Positions 9,625 to 23,500 of a stretch of 64,000 nucleotides of DNA are shown here, one piece after another (position 1 is the first letter of the stretch; each line of letters begins with the position of its first letter). Under the pieces are notes generated by a model. That model made no database searches. It was not told the origin of the DNA and worked only from the letters and a program-made list of their open reading frames with translations. The DNA lies in NCBI GenBank assembly GCA_977017645.1, contig OZ360235.1:92628001-92692000 (forward strand), read 5' to 3'. This DNA is from Torpedo marmorata (Eukaryota). Both the position numbers and the translations under genes were made by a program.

Positions 9625-11885
9625 TGGCAGACCTCTCGGTGGGGCAGCATTTTGGAGAGAGTGACCACAACTCCCTTAGCTTCAACATAGCTATGGAAAA
9701 GGATACAAACAGTCAAACTGGGAAAGTGCTTAACTGGGGAAGGTCTAATTATGAAGGGATGAGGCAGGAACTAGTGAGAATAACTTGGAAACAGATGTTT
9801 AAGGGTGAAAGCACAGAAGTAATGTGGAGGAAGTTTAGGGACCACTTGTGCAGGGTTCAGGATAGGTTTGTCCCACTGGAATAAGGAAATGATGGTAGGA
9901 AAAGGGAACCGTGGCTGAGGAAACAGGTCAGGCAACAAGTCAAGAGGAAGAAGGAAGCAGGAAACAGGAAGGGCTCATGAGAAGTATATGGTCGCCAGGA
10001 AGGAGCTTTAGAAAAGACTTAGGAGAGCTCGAAGGGGGCATGAGAAGGCCTTGGCATGTAGAATTAAGGAGAACCCCAAGGCATTTTATGCGTATGTGAA
10101 GATCAGAAGGATGACGAGAATGAAGGTGGGGCCGCTAAAGGATAAGGGGGCAACATGTGCCTGGAGGCAGAGGAGGTTGGGGAGGTCCTAAATGAATACT
10201 TTGCGTCAGTATTCACAAGAGAAAAGGACCTTGATCACGGTGAAGTCGAAATTGAACAGGCCTGTGTGCTGGACAATGTGTAGGTTAAGGAAGTGGAAGT
10301 GTTGGATCTTCTTAAAAACATCAAGATTGCTAAGTCCCCGGGGCTGGACGCGATGTACCCCAGGCTGCTGTGGGAAGTGAGAGAAGAGATAGCTGGGGCA
10401 GTAGCTATGATCTTTGAATCCTCTTTGGCCACAGGGGAGGTGCCGGAGGATTGGAGAATGGCAAATGTAGTCCCCTTGTTTAAAAAAGGTACTAGGGAGA
10501 ATCCTGGGGATTATAGACCGGTGAGTCTTACGTCAGTGGTGTGCAAACTAATGGAGAGGATTCTTAAGGATAGGATCTATGAGCATTTGGAGAAGTACAG
10601 TCTACTCAAGGATAGTCAGCATGGCTTTGTGAAGGGAAGGTCGTGCCTCACGAGTCTAATTGAGTTTTTTGAGGAGGTAACAAAATAAATTGATGAGGGT
10701 AGGGCGGTAGATGTGGTCTACATGGATTTTAGCAAGGCATTTGACAAGGTCCCCCACGAGAGACTCATCCAGAAAGTCATGAGGCACTGGATCAGTGGAA
10801 CCTTGGCTGTGTGGATAAAAATTGGCTTGTAGGGAGAAAGCAGAGAGTAATAGTGGAAGGAAAGTATTCTGCCTGGAGGTCAGTGACTAGTGGAGTGCCA
10901 CAAGGATCTGTTCTGGGACCCCTGCTCTTTGTGATTTTATAAATGACCTGGATGGAGAGGCGGAAGGATGGGTCAGTAAATTTGCAGATGACACGAAGGT
11001 TGGAGGAGTTGTGGATGGAGCTGAAGGTTGTCGAAGGTTACAAGAGGATATAGTCAGGATGCAGAGTTGGGCAGAAAAGTGGCAGATGGAGTTCAATCCG
11101 GGTAAGTGTGAGGTGATGCATTTTGAAAGGACAAACGAGAAGGCTGAGTACAGGGTTAATGGTCGGTTACTTAAGAGTGTGGATGAACAGAGGGACCTTG
11201 GGGTCCAAATCCATACATCCCTCAAGGTCGCCGCACAGGTTGATAGGATAGTTAAGAAGGCCTATGGGATGCTGGGATTCATTAATAGGGGGATTGAGTT
11301 CAGGAGTAGAGAGGTCATGTTACAACTCTACAAATCTCTGGTGAGACCACACTTAGAGTATTGTGTTCAGTTCTGGTCACCTCATTATAGGAAGGATGTG
11401 GAAGCTATGGAGAGGGTGCAGAGGAGATTTATCAGGATGTTTCCTGGATTGGGAAACAAGTCTTATGAGGCAAGTTTAGCAGAGCTGGGACTTTTCTCTT
11501 TGGAGCGTAGAAGGATGAGAGGAGACTTGATAGAGGTTTACAAGATTATGAGAGGCATAGATAGGGTGGACAGCCAGCACCTGTTTCCCAGGGCAGGATC
11601 AGCAAACACCAGAGGACATGTGTACAAAGTGAAGGGAGGGAAGTTTAGGGGAGACATCAGTGGCATGTTTTTTTTAATATAAAGAGTTGTGGGTGCCTGG
11701 AATGGTGGTGGAAGCTGAAACATTGGAGGCATTTAAGAGACTCTTAGACAGACATATGGATGAAATAAAAATAGAGGGTTATGGGTTAGGGAGGGTTTAG
11801 TACTTTTTTTAAGGAAGGAATATATGGGTCGGCACAACATCGAGGGCCGAAGGGCCTGTACTGTGCTGTATTGTTCTATGTTTTG
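9625..11885 (+). mobile_element. CR1 LINE, 5'-truncated, degenerate ORF2 (APE C-terminus to RT) and 3' UTR
   Basis: GESDHNSLSF, KSPGLDAMYPRLL, VPEDWRMANVVPLFKKG, QHGFVKGRSCLT, KFADDTK, LVRPHLEYCVQFWSP; several stops and frameshifts; TTCTATG tail. Confidence 0.95.
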
Positions 11886-12799
11886 TATCTCATGGTTCTG
11901 GCATGCCAATCTCACTCATCTACCCTCACTCACACCTCCTCCGGATCCGGACAGATCAGCAGGCATGAACAGTTTATTTCCCACCATAATCAGACTCCTG
12001 AATGAAGCTCATAATAGCAAAATTATGTTGCGTTTGCTCTGTACAAACTGACCTCTCTGTAACTATGCACATTTGTTGTGTTCTATTTGCACTATGTTCA
12101 AGTTGTTGACTGGCCTGCCCCTGAAACAAACTGTCACCGCATGCAATGTATATGTGACAATAAACAAAGTAAAACCTTCAGCAATCCTCACCCACCCACA
12201 CAATCTTGCATTATTTACCTCTTGGTCTCCACACCATCACAGATATCTGCTTTCTCCACTCCTCTGTAGTTTAAAACAGGTTTAATTTATAACTTTGTGC
12301 AGTTACGGTTAAGGGTCATTATCCTGAAATTTTCACTCTCGAGATGCTGGCTGACCTGCTGAGTATTTCCAGCATTTATTTTTGCAGGAGGTTTAGTCCT
12401 GGATCACTGCATGTTTCACCAAACTCAACATTGAATCAAGTCTAGATTTACAACCAACAATGCTGCAGGATCATTCATGAAACATTCCCTGAAGGGAGTC
12501 AAGGATGAGCAATAAATGCTGGCCTTGTCACCAATACCCTGATTCCTCAGATGAATTAAAAGAAATCCATCAGAACCATTTGGCCTGCTGCAATGGTGTT
12601 GGTTGATGGAACAACCTCACCTAATCCCACTTTCAGGGTTCAGTCATAGCTCTGCAGGTCACAGTACTTCATATAAACCCAGGACCTCCCTCCCACATTA
12701 CTACCTAATGTGGCAAAAGCTCCAGACCTTCTACCATCTCCCCTTCAATCCTTCTGCCAATTACTTTAAATCGCTGTCCTCTGGTTTTTGACCCTTCAT

Positions 12800-13590
12800 T
12801 AGAACATAGAACATTCCAGCACAGTACAGGCCCTTTGGCCCACAATGTTGTGCCTACCTAAGCAAACTGACTCCATAGCAACCTAATCTTCCCTACCTTC
12901 CACCTGTAACCCTCTACTTTTCTTACATCAATGTGCCTGCCCAAGAATGTCCCTATCGTACCAGCCTCCACCACCACCACTGACAATGCGTTCCAGACAC
13001 CCACCAATCTCTGTGTAATTAAGATCACCTTTGCCTTCTCTCCTAAACATTCCTCCACTCACCTTAAACAGATGTCCTCTGGCATTTGCTATTGTTGTGC
13101 CAGGGAAAATGTGCTGGCTGTCCACCCTATCCAAACCCCTCAATCTTATACACCTCGATCAAATCACCATCAAGCCACTTTCTCTTGACCCCTCAACTTT
13201 ATGCACCCAATTAAATCTCCTGACAGTCTCCTCTGTTGCTATGAAAGCAAGCTCTCCCTGTCTAATCTTTCTCCACAGTTCATGAAACTTCTTCACAAAT
13301 CTCTGCACCCTCTCCAAAGCCACAACATCTTACCGATGATGTGTGGTGACCAGAAGCACACACAGTACTTTAGATGTGGCTGAATAGTTCAAGCACAATC
13401 TCCCCACTCTCATATTCAATGTCTCAGCTAATATAGAAAGCATCCTGCGTATATTTTTAACATCTGTCCTGCTACCTTAGGGATGTGTGGACATTACTCT
13501 ACATCCTTTTATTTGTTGTACATTGCCTTGCGGCACCCCGGCTCCCAAATGCCGTACATGGTACAACTGGATAGAAACTCCATTTGCCAC
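12800..13590 (-). mobile_element. Degenerate CR1 3' fragments
   Basis: AGAACATAGAACA tail; MRGLDRVDSQHIFPG...ARGH; older RT C-terminal remnants to ~13590. Confidence 0.75.
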
Positions 13591-14309
13591 TGACTAGACT
13601 GTTCATACCTTCCTGCAGCCCAAAGCTTTCCTCCTGTAAAACCACCCATTTTGTTTTGCAGCATCTGCCCTCGAACACAAGCCATAATCCTTTCCCAAGA
13701 AAGAGAAGGAATTCCTTCGAAGACCAGAGGTCATTGTGAAATTCAATCCCTTCAGTGCAGAATCCCTGTAAACTGTTCTCACAATATTGACCTTCAGAAA
13801 TGCCTTGCAAACACGCAGGAAATGCACAGCAGGCTTGTGATTTACAAAGGGATTAAATCCAAAACATTAATCTGCAGCTATTTCAGGTAGCCACTAACTT
13901 GAACACTGCAAACTCCACCATCAGATTAAAGATTTTACTCTGGATCTTTGCAGTCCTTTACTAAATAGTCATCTTAGTTAATATTTTCCATATGTCAATG
14001 TTTAGAAAAACACATTTTTATTGCAAAAAAACTTGGGATCGTTCCCAGTGCTGAGTCTTTGTGCTGTGTTAAAACAATCTCAGTCAGGGAGAAAGCCTGG
14101 TGTTGAGTGGATTTATTGGACGGGTTTTCTTGGAAATGAAACTGGGCCCTGGCTTGTGCAAGCCAGAGTACTTGTTCATTTTTGATGAGCCTCCCTGTCT
14201 CGACCTTTTCCAATGTGCACCCGCACTCTTATTGTGTAACAGACACAGAGAAACAGATGCAGTAAGACCCTTCAGCCAGAGTCAACGCCAACCATTAAGT
14301 ACTCATTTG

Positions 14310-14545
14310 GAACATGAGCAGAGAACAGTACAGGCCCTTTGGCCCACAATGTTGTGATAACCGATACAAACCTACTCCACTATCAATCTAACCCTTCTCT
14401 TCCTCACAGCCCATAACCCTCTGCTTTTCTGAAGTCCATGTGCCGATGTCAGATTCTTTTGAATGTCCCAATTGTACCAGCCTCCAATACCACTCCCAGC
14501 AATGCATTCCAGGCACCCACCACTCGAGTAAAAAACCTACCGAGG
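14310..14545 (-). mobile_element. Short CR1 3' fragment abutting the minisatellite
   Basis: FFTRVVGAWNALLGVVLEAGTIGTFKR; 3' UTR homologous to 11680-11880. Confidence 0.85.
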
Positions 14546-14546
14546 G

Positions 14547-17500
14547 CATTTGTTGAGCCCTCCCCCCATGGAACATTTGTTGACCCTCCCCCCCATGCAA
14601 CATTTGTTGACCCCTCCCCCCCATGGAACATTTATTGACCCCTCCCCCCCATGCAACATTTATTAACGCCACCCCCATGCAACATTTGTTGACCCCTCCC
14701 CCCCATGGAACATTTATTGACCCCTCCCCCCCATGCAACATTTATTAACGCCACCCCCATGGAACATTTGTTGACCCCTCCCCCCAAGGAACATTTGTTG
14801 ACGCCTCCCACCCACGGAATATTTGTTGACCCTCCCCCCCCATGGAACATTTGTTGACCCCTCCCCCCACGGAACATTTGTTGACCCCTCCCCCACAGAA
14901 CATTTGTTGAACCCTCCCCCACGGAACATTTGTTGACCCCTCCCCCACGGAACATTTGTTGACCCCTCCCCCCACGGAACATTTGTTGACCCCTCCCCCC
15001 CATGGAACATTTGTTGACCCCTCCCCCACGGAACATTTGTTGAACCCTCCCCCACGGAACATATGTTGAACCCTTCCCCATGGAACATTTGTTGACCCCT
15101 CCCCCCATGGAACATTTGTTGACCCCTCCCCCCATGGAACATTTGTTGACCCCTCCCCCCATGGAACATTTGTTGACCCCTTCCCCATGGAACATTTGTT
15201 GACCCCTCCCCCACGGAACATTTGTTGACCCCTCCCCCACGGAACATTTGTTGAACCCTCCCCCCCATGGAACATTTATTGACCCCTCCCCCAATGGAAC
15301 ATTTATTGACCCCATGGAACATTTGTTGACCTCTCCCTCCCCATGGAATATTTATTGACCCCCCATGGAACTTTTGTTGACCCTCCCCACCCCCATGGAA
15401 TATTCATTGACCCCTCCCCCCATGGAACATTTATTGACCCTTCCCCACCATGTAACATTTATTGAACCCTCCCCCCATGGAATATTTGTTGACACTCTCT
15501 CCCCCCCATGGAACATTTGTTGACCCCTCCCCCCCCATGGAACATTGGTTGACGCCCACCTCCCCCCCCCATGGAACATTGGTTGACGCCCACCTCCCCC
15601 CCCATGGAACATTGGTTGACGCCCACCTCCCCCCCAAAGGAACATTGGTTGACGCCCTCCCCCCACCATGGAACATTGGTTGACGCCCACCTCCCCCCCA
15701 TGGAACATTGATTGACACCCTTCCTCCCCCATGGAACATTTGTTGACCCCTCCCCCATGGAACATTTGTTGACCCCTCCCCCCATGGAACATTTGTTGAC
15801 CCCTCCCCCCATGGAACATTTGTTGACCCCTCCCCCATGGAACATTTGTTGACCCCTCCCCCCCAAGGAACATTTGTTGACCCCTCCCCCCATGGAACAT
15901 TTGTTGACCCTCCCCCCATGGAACATTTGTTGACCCCTCCCCCCCATGGAACATTTGTTGACCCCTCCCCCCATGGAACATTTGTTGACCCCTCCCCCCA
16001 TGGAACATTTGTTGACCCCTCCCCCCCATGGAACATTTGTTGACCCCTCCCCCACGGAACATTTGTTGACCCCTCCCCCACGGAACATTTGTTGAACCCT
16101 CCCCCACGGAACATTTGTTGTCCCCTCCCCCCATGGAACATTTGTTGACCCCTCCCCCCCATAGAACATTTGTTGACCCCTCCCCCCCATGGAACATTTG
16201 TTGACCCCTCCCCCCATAGAACATTTGTTTACCCCTCCCCCCCATGGAACATTTGTTTACCCCTCCCCCCCCATGGAACATTTGTTGACCCCTCCCCCCA
16301 TGGAACATTTGTTGACCCCCACCACAGAACATTTGTTGACCCCTCCCCCCATGGATCATTTGTTGACCCCTCCCCCCATGGAACATTTGTTGACCCCTCC
16401 CCCCATGGAACATTTGTTGACCCCTCCCCCCATGGATCATTTGTTGACCCCTCCCCCCCCATGGAACATTTGTTGACCCCTCCCCCATGGAACATTTGTT
16501 GACCCCTCCCCCCATGGAACATTTGTTGACCCTCCCCACCATGTAACATTTATTGAACCCTCCCCCCCATGGAACATTTGTTGACCCCCCCATTGAACAT
16601 TTGTTGACCCCCCCATTGAACATTTGTTGACCCCCCCATTGAACATTTGTTGACTCCCTCCATGGAACATTTGTTGACCTCTCCCTCCCCATGGAATATT
16701 TATTGACCCCCCATGGAACTTTTGTTGACCCTCCCCACCCCCACGGAAAATTTATTGACCCCCTCCCCCCATGGAATATTTATTGACCCCTCCTCCCCAT
16801 GGAATATTTATTGACCCCCTCCTCCCCATGGAATATTCATTGACCCCTCCCCCATGGAACATTTATTGACCCTTCCCCACCATGTAATATTTATTGAACC
16901 CTCCCCCCCATGGAATATTTGTTGACACTCTCTCCCCCCCATGGAACATTTGTTCACCCCTCCCCCATGGAACATTTGTTGACCCCTCCCCCATGGAACA
17001 TTTGTTGACCCTTCCCCCCCATGGAACACTTGTTGACCCCTCCCCCCATGGAACATTTGTTGACCCCTCCCCCCACCATGGAACATTGGTTGACCCCCAC
17101 CCCCCCCCATGGAACATTGGTTGACGCCCACCTCCCCCCCCATGGAACATTGGTTGACGCCCTCCCCCCAAAGGAACATTGGTTGACGCCCTCCCCCCAC
17201 CATGGAACATTGGTTGACCTCCACCCACCCCAAGGAACATTGGTTGACCCCCACCCACCCCATGGAACATTGGTTGACGCCCACCTCCCCCATGGAACAT
17301 TGGTTGACACCCTCCCCCCCCATGGAACATTTGCTGACCCCTCCCCCATGGAACATTTGTTGACCCCTCCCCCCATGGAACATTTGCTGACCCTCCCCAT
17401 GGAACATTTGTTGACCCCTCCCCCCCCATGGAACATTTGCTGACGCTCCACCAATTGGAACATTTGTTGACCCCTCCCCCATGGAACATTTGATGACCCC

Positions 17501-20500
17501 TCCCCCCATGGAACATTTGTTGACCCCTCCCCCCCATGGAACATTTGTTGACCCCTCCCCCCCATGGAACATTTGTTGACCCCTCCCCCATGGAATATTC
17601 ATTGACCCCTCCCCCCATGGAACATTTATTAACCCCTCCCCCAATGGAACATTTATTGACCCTTCCCCACCATGTAACATTTGTTGACCCCTCCCCCCAT
17701 GGAACATTTGTTGACCCCTCCCCCCAAGGAACATTTGTTGACCCCTCCCCCCAAGGAACACTTGTTGATCCCTCCCCCATGGAACATTTGTTGACCCCTC
17801 CCCCCCAAGGAACATTGGTTAACGCCCTCCCCCCACCATGGAACATTGGTTGAACCCCACCCCCCCATGGAACATTCGTTGACGCCAACCTCCCCCCCCA
17901 TGGAACATAGGTTGATGCCCTCCCCCCCAAGGAACATTGGTTGACACCCTCCCCCCACCATGGAACATTGGTTGACCCCCACCCCCCCATGGAACATTGG
18001 ATGACGCCCACCTCCCCCATGGAACATTGGTTGACACCCTCCCCCCCCATGGAACATTGGTTGACACCCTCCCTCCCCATGGAACATTGGTTGACACCCT
18101 CCCCCCCCATGGTACATTGGTTGACACCCTCCCCCCCATGGAACATTGGTTGACCCTACCCCCCCATGGAACATTGGTTGATGCCCACCCCCCCCATGGA
18201 ACATTGGTTGACACCCTCCCCCCCATGGTACATTGGTTGACACCCTCCCTCCATGGAACATTTGTTGACCCCTCCCACCATGCAACATTTGTTGACCCCT
18301 CAAACCACGCAACATTTGTTGACCCCTCACCCCACGGAACATTTGTTGACCCTTCCCCCCCATGGAACATTTGTTGACCCTCTCTCCCCCCCCATGGAAC
18401 ATTTGTTGACCCCTCCCCCCCATGGAACATTTGTTGAACCTCTCCCCCCCACATGGAACATTTGTTGACCCCCTCCTCCCCCCATGCAACATTTGTTGAC
18501 CCTTCCCCCAATGGAACATTGGTTGACACCTCCCCCCCATGGAACATTTGCTGACCCTCCCCATGGAACATTTGTTGACCCTCCACCCCATGGAACATTT
18601 GTTGACCCCTCCCCCATGGAAGATTTGTTGACCCCTCCCCCATGTAACATTTGTTGACCCCTCCCCCCCATGGAACATTTGCTGACCCCTCACCCCATGG
18701 AACATTTGTTGACCCCTCACCCCATGGAACATTTGTTGACCCCTCCCCCCATGGAACATTTGTTGACCCTTACCCCCATGGAACATTTGTTGACCCCTCC
18801 CCCCATGGAACATTTGTTGACCCCTCCCCCATGGAACATTTGTTGACCCCTCCCCACATGGAACATTTGTTGACCCCTCCCCCATGGAACATTTGTTGAC
18901 CCTTCCCCCCCATGGAACATTTGTTGACCCCTCCACCATGGAACATTTGTTGACCCCTCCCCCCATGGAACATTTGTTGACCCCTCCCCCATGGAACATT
19001 TGTTGACCCTTCCCCCCCATGGAACATTTGTTGACCCCTCCCCCCAAGGAGCATTTGTTGACCCCTCACCCCATGGAACATTTATTGACCCCCCCCATGG
19101 AACATTTGTTGACCCGTCCCCCCATGGAACATTTGTTGACCCCTCCCCCAAGGAACATTTGTTGACCCCTCCCCCCCATGGAACATTTGTTGACCCGTCC
19201 CCCCATGGAACATTTGTTGACCCCTCCTCCCCATGGAACATTTGTTGACCCCTCCCCCCCATGGAACATTTGTTGACCTCTCCCTCCCCATGGAATATTT
19301 ATTGACCCCCCCATGGAACTTTTGTTGACCCTCCCCACCCCCACGGAAAATTTATTGACCCCTCCCCCCATGGAATATTTATTGACCCCCTCCTCCCCAT
19401 GGAATATTCGTTGACCCCTCCCCCCATGGAATATTCGTTGACCCCTACCCCCAATGGAACATTTATTGACCCTTCCCCACCATGTAACATTTATTGAACC
19501 CTCCCCCCCATGGAACATTTGTTGCCCCTCCCCCATGGAACATTTGTTGCCCTTCCCCCCCATGGAACATTGGTTGACCCCCTCTCCCCCATGGAACATT
19601 GGTTGACCCCCCCCACCATGGAACATTGGTTGACCCCCTCTCCCCCACGGAACATTTGTTGACCCCCCCATGGAACATATATTGACCCGCCCCACCCCCA
19701 TGGAATATTTATTGAACCGTCCCCTCATGGAACATTTAGTGACCCCTCCCCCATGGAACATTTGTTGACCCGAACCCCCATGGAACATTTGTTTACCCCT
19801 CCCCCCCATGGAACATTTGTTTACCCCTCCCCCCCATGGAACATTTGTTGACGCCTCCCCCCCATGGAACATTTGTTGACCCCTCCCCCATGGAACATTT
19901 GTTGACCCCTCCCCCATGGAACATTTGTTTACCCCTCCCCCCATGGAACACTTGTTGACCCCCCATGGAACATTTGTTTACCACTCCCCCCATGGAACAT
20001 TTGTTGACCCCTCCCCCCCATGGAACATTTATTGACCCCTCCCCCATGGAACATTTGTTGACCCGAACCCCCATAGAACATTTGTTTACCCCTCCCCCCC
20101 ATGGAACACTTGTTGACCCCCCCATGGAACATTTGTTTACCCCTCCCCCCCATGGAACATTTGTTTACCCCTCCCCCCATGGAACATTTGTTGACGCCTC
20201 CCCCCCATGGAACATTTGTTGACCCCTCCCCATGGAACATTTGTTGACCCCTCCCCCATGGAACATTTGTTGACCCTCCCCCATGGAACATTTGTTGACC
20301 CTCCCCCATGGAACATTTGTTGACCCGAACCCCCATGGAACATTTGTTGACCCCTCCCCCCATGGAACATTTGTGGACCCCTCCCCCCCATGGAACATTT
20401 ATTGACCCCTCCCCCATGGAACATTTGTTGACCCCTCCCCCCATGGAACATTTGTTTACCCCTCCCCCCCATGGAACATTTGTTTACCCCTCCCCCCATG

Positions 20501-23500
20501 GAACATTTGTTGACGCCTCCCACCCACGGAATATTTGTTGATGCCTCCCACCCACGGAATATTTGTTGACCCTCCCCCCCATGGCACATTTGTTGACCCC
20601 TCCCCCCCATGGAACATTTGTTGACCCCTCCCCCCCAATTCAACATTTGTTGACCCCTCCCCCCATGGAACATTTGCTGACCCTCCCACCATGGAATATT
20701 TGCTACCCCTCCCCCATGGAACATTTGCTGACCCTCCCCCCACGGAACATTTGTTGACCTCTCCCCCACGGAACATTTGTTGACCCCTCCCCCCCATGGA
20801 ACATTTGTTGACCCCTCCCCCATGGAAAATTTTTGACCCCTCCCCCATGGAACATTTGTTGACCCCTCCCCCCATGGAACATTTGTTGACCCCTCCCCCC
20901 CATGGAACATTTGTTGACCCCTCCCCCATGGAACATTTGTTGACCCCTCCCCCATGGAACATTTGTTGAACCCTCCCCCCATGAAACATTTGTTGACCCC
21001 TCCCCCCATGGAACATTTGTTGACCCCTCCCCCCATGGAACATTTGTTGACCCCTCCCCCCATGGAACATTTGTTCAACCCTCCCCCCATGGAACATTTG
21101 TTGACCCCTCCCCCCATGGAACATTTGTTGACCCCTCCCCCATTGAACATTTGTTGATCCTCCCCCCATTGAACATTTGTTGACCCTCCCCCCATTGAAC
21201 ATTTGTTGACCCTCCCCCCATGGAACATTTGTTGACCCTCCCCCCATGGAACATTTGTTGACCCTCCCCCCATGGAACATTTGTTGACCCTCCCCCCATG
21301 GAACATTTGTTGACCCACCCCCCATGGAACATTTGTTGACCCTCCCCCCATGGAACATTTGTTGACCCTCCCCCCATGGAACATTTGTTGACCCCTCCCC
21401 CCCATGGAACATTTGTTTATCCCTCCCCCCATGGAACATTTGTTGACCCCTCCCCATTGAACATTTGTTGACCCTCCCCCCATGGAACATTTGTTGACCC
21501 TCCCCCCATGGAACATTTGTTGACCCTCCCCCCATGGAACATTTGTTGACCCTCCCCCCATGGAACATTTGTTGACCCCTCCCCCCCATGGAACATTTGT
21601 TGACCCCTCCCCCCCATGGAACATTTGTTGACCCCTCCCCCCCATAGAACATTTGTTGACCCCTCCCTCCCCATGGAATATTTATTGACCCCCATGGAAC
21701 ATTTGTTGACCCCTCCCCCCCATGGAACATTTGTTGACCCCTCCCCCCATGGATCATTAGTTGACCCCTCCCTCCCCATGGAATATTTATTGACCCCCAT
21801 GGAACATTTGTTGACCCCTCCCCCATGGAACATTTGTTGACCCCTCCCCCCATGGAACATTTGTTGACCCCTCCCCCCATGGATCATTTGTTGACCCCTC
21901 ACCCCATGGAACATTTGTTGACCTCTCCCTCCCCATGGAATATTTATTGACCCCCCATGGAATATTTATTGACCCCTCCCCATGGAATATTTATTGACCC
22001 CCATGGAACTTTTGTTGACCCTCCCCACCCCCACGGAAAATTTATTGACCCCTCCCCCCCATGGAATATTTATTGACCCCTCCCCCCATGGAACATTTGT
22101 TGACCCCTCCCCCCATGGAACATTTGTTGACCCCTCCCCCCATGGAACATTTGTTCAACCCTCCCCCCATGGAACATTTGTTGACCCCTCCCCCCATGGA
22201 ACATTTGTTGACCCCTCCCCCATTGAACATTTGTTGATCCTCCCCCCATTGAACATTTGTTGACCCTCCCCCCATGGAACATTTGTTGACCCTCCCCCCA
22301 TGGAACATTTGTTGACCCTCCCCCCATGGAACATTTGTTGACCCTCCCCCCATGGAACATTTGTTGACCCCTCCCCCCATGGAACATTTGTTGACCCCTC
22401 CCCCGTGGAACATTTGTTGACCCCTCCCCCCCCATAGAACATTTGTTGACCCCTCCCCCCATGGAATATTTGTTGACCCCTCCCCCCATGGATCATTTGT
22501 TGACCCTCCCCCCCATGGAACATTTGTTGACCCCTCCCCCCATGGAACATTTGTTGACCCCTCCCCCCATGGATCATTTGTTGACCCCTCCCCCCATGGA
22601 TCATTAGTTGACCCCTCCCTCCCCATGGAATATTTATTGACCCCCATGGAACATTTGTTGACCCCTCCCCCATGGAACATTTGTTGACCCCTCCCCCCAT
22701 GGAACATTTGTTGACCCCTCCCCCCATGGATCATTTGTTGACCCCTCACCCCATGGAACATTTGTTGACCTCTCCCTCCCCATGGAATATTTATTGACCC
22801 CTCCCCATGGAATATTTATTGACCCCAATGGAACTTTTGTTGACCCTCCCCACCCCCACGGAAAATTTATTGACCCCTCCCCCCCATGGAATATTTATTG
22901 ACCCCTCCTCCCCATGGAATATTCGTTGACCCCTCCCCCATGGAACATTTATTGACCCCTCCCCCAATGGAACATTTATTGACCCTTCCCCACCATGTAA
23001 CATTTATTGAACCCTCCCCCCCATGAACATTTGTTGACCCCCCCATTGAACATTTGTTGACTCCCCCCATGGAACATTTGTTGACCCCTCCCTCCATGGA
23101 ACATTTGTTGACCCCATGGAACATTTGGTGACCTCTCCCTCCCCATGGAATATTTATTGACCCCCCATGGAACTTTTGTTGACCCTCCCCACCCCCACGG
23201 AAAATTTATTGACCCCCTCCCCCCATGGAATATTTATTGACCCCCTCCTCCCCATGGAATATTCATTGACCCCTCCCCCCATGGAACATTTATTGACCCT
23301 TCCCCACCATGTAACATTTATTGAACCCTCCCCCCATGGAATATTTGTTGACACTCTCTCCCCCCCATGGAACATTTGTTGACCCCTCCCCCCATGGAAC
23401 ATTTGTTGACCCCTCCCCCCATGGAACATTTGTTGACCCCTCCCCCCATGGAACATTTGTTGACCCTTCCCCCCCATGGAACATTTGTTGACCCCTCTCC

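Noticed and set aside
13603-14230. Possible minus-strand exons (donor-like AG|GTATGA at ~13608; open frame at 14090-14230)
   Set aside because: No recognisable protein similarity and no convincing acceptor/donor pairing.
14566-14590. Steroid hormone response element in each unit (GGAACA-TT-TGTTGA)
   Set aside because: Spacer is 2 bp instead of 3 and the second half-site is mismatched.
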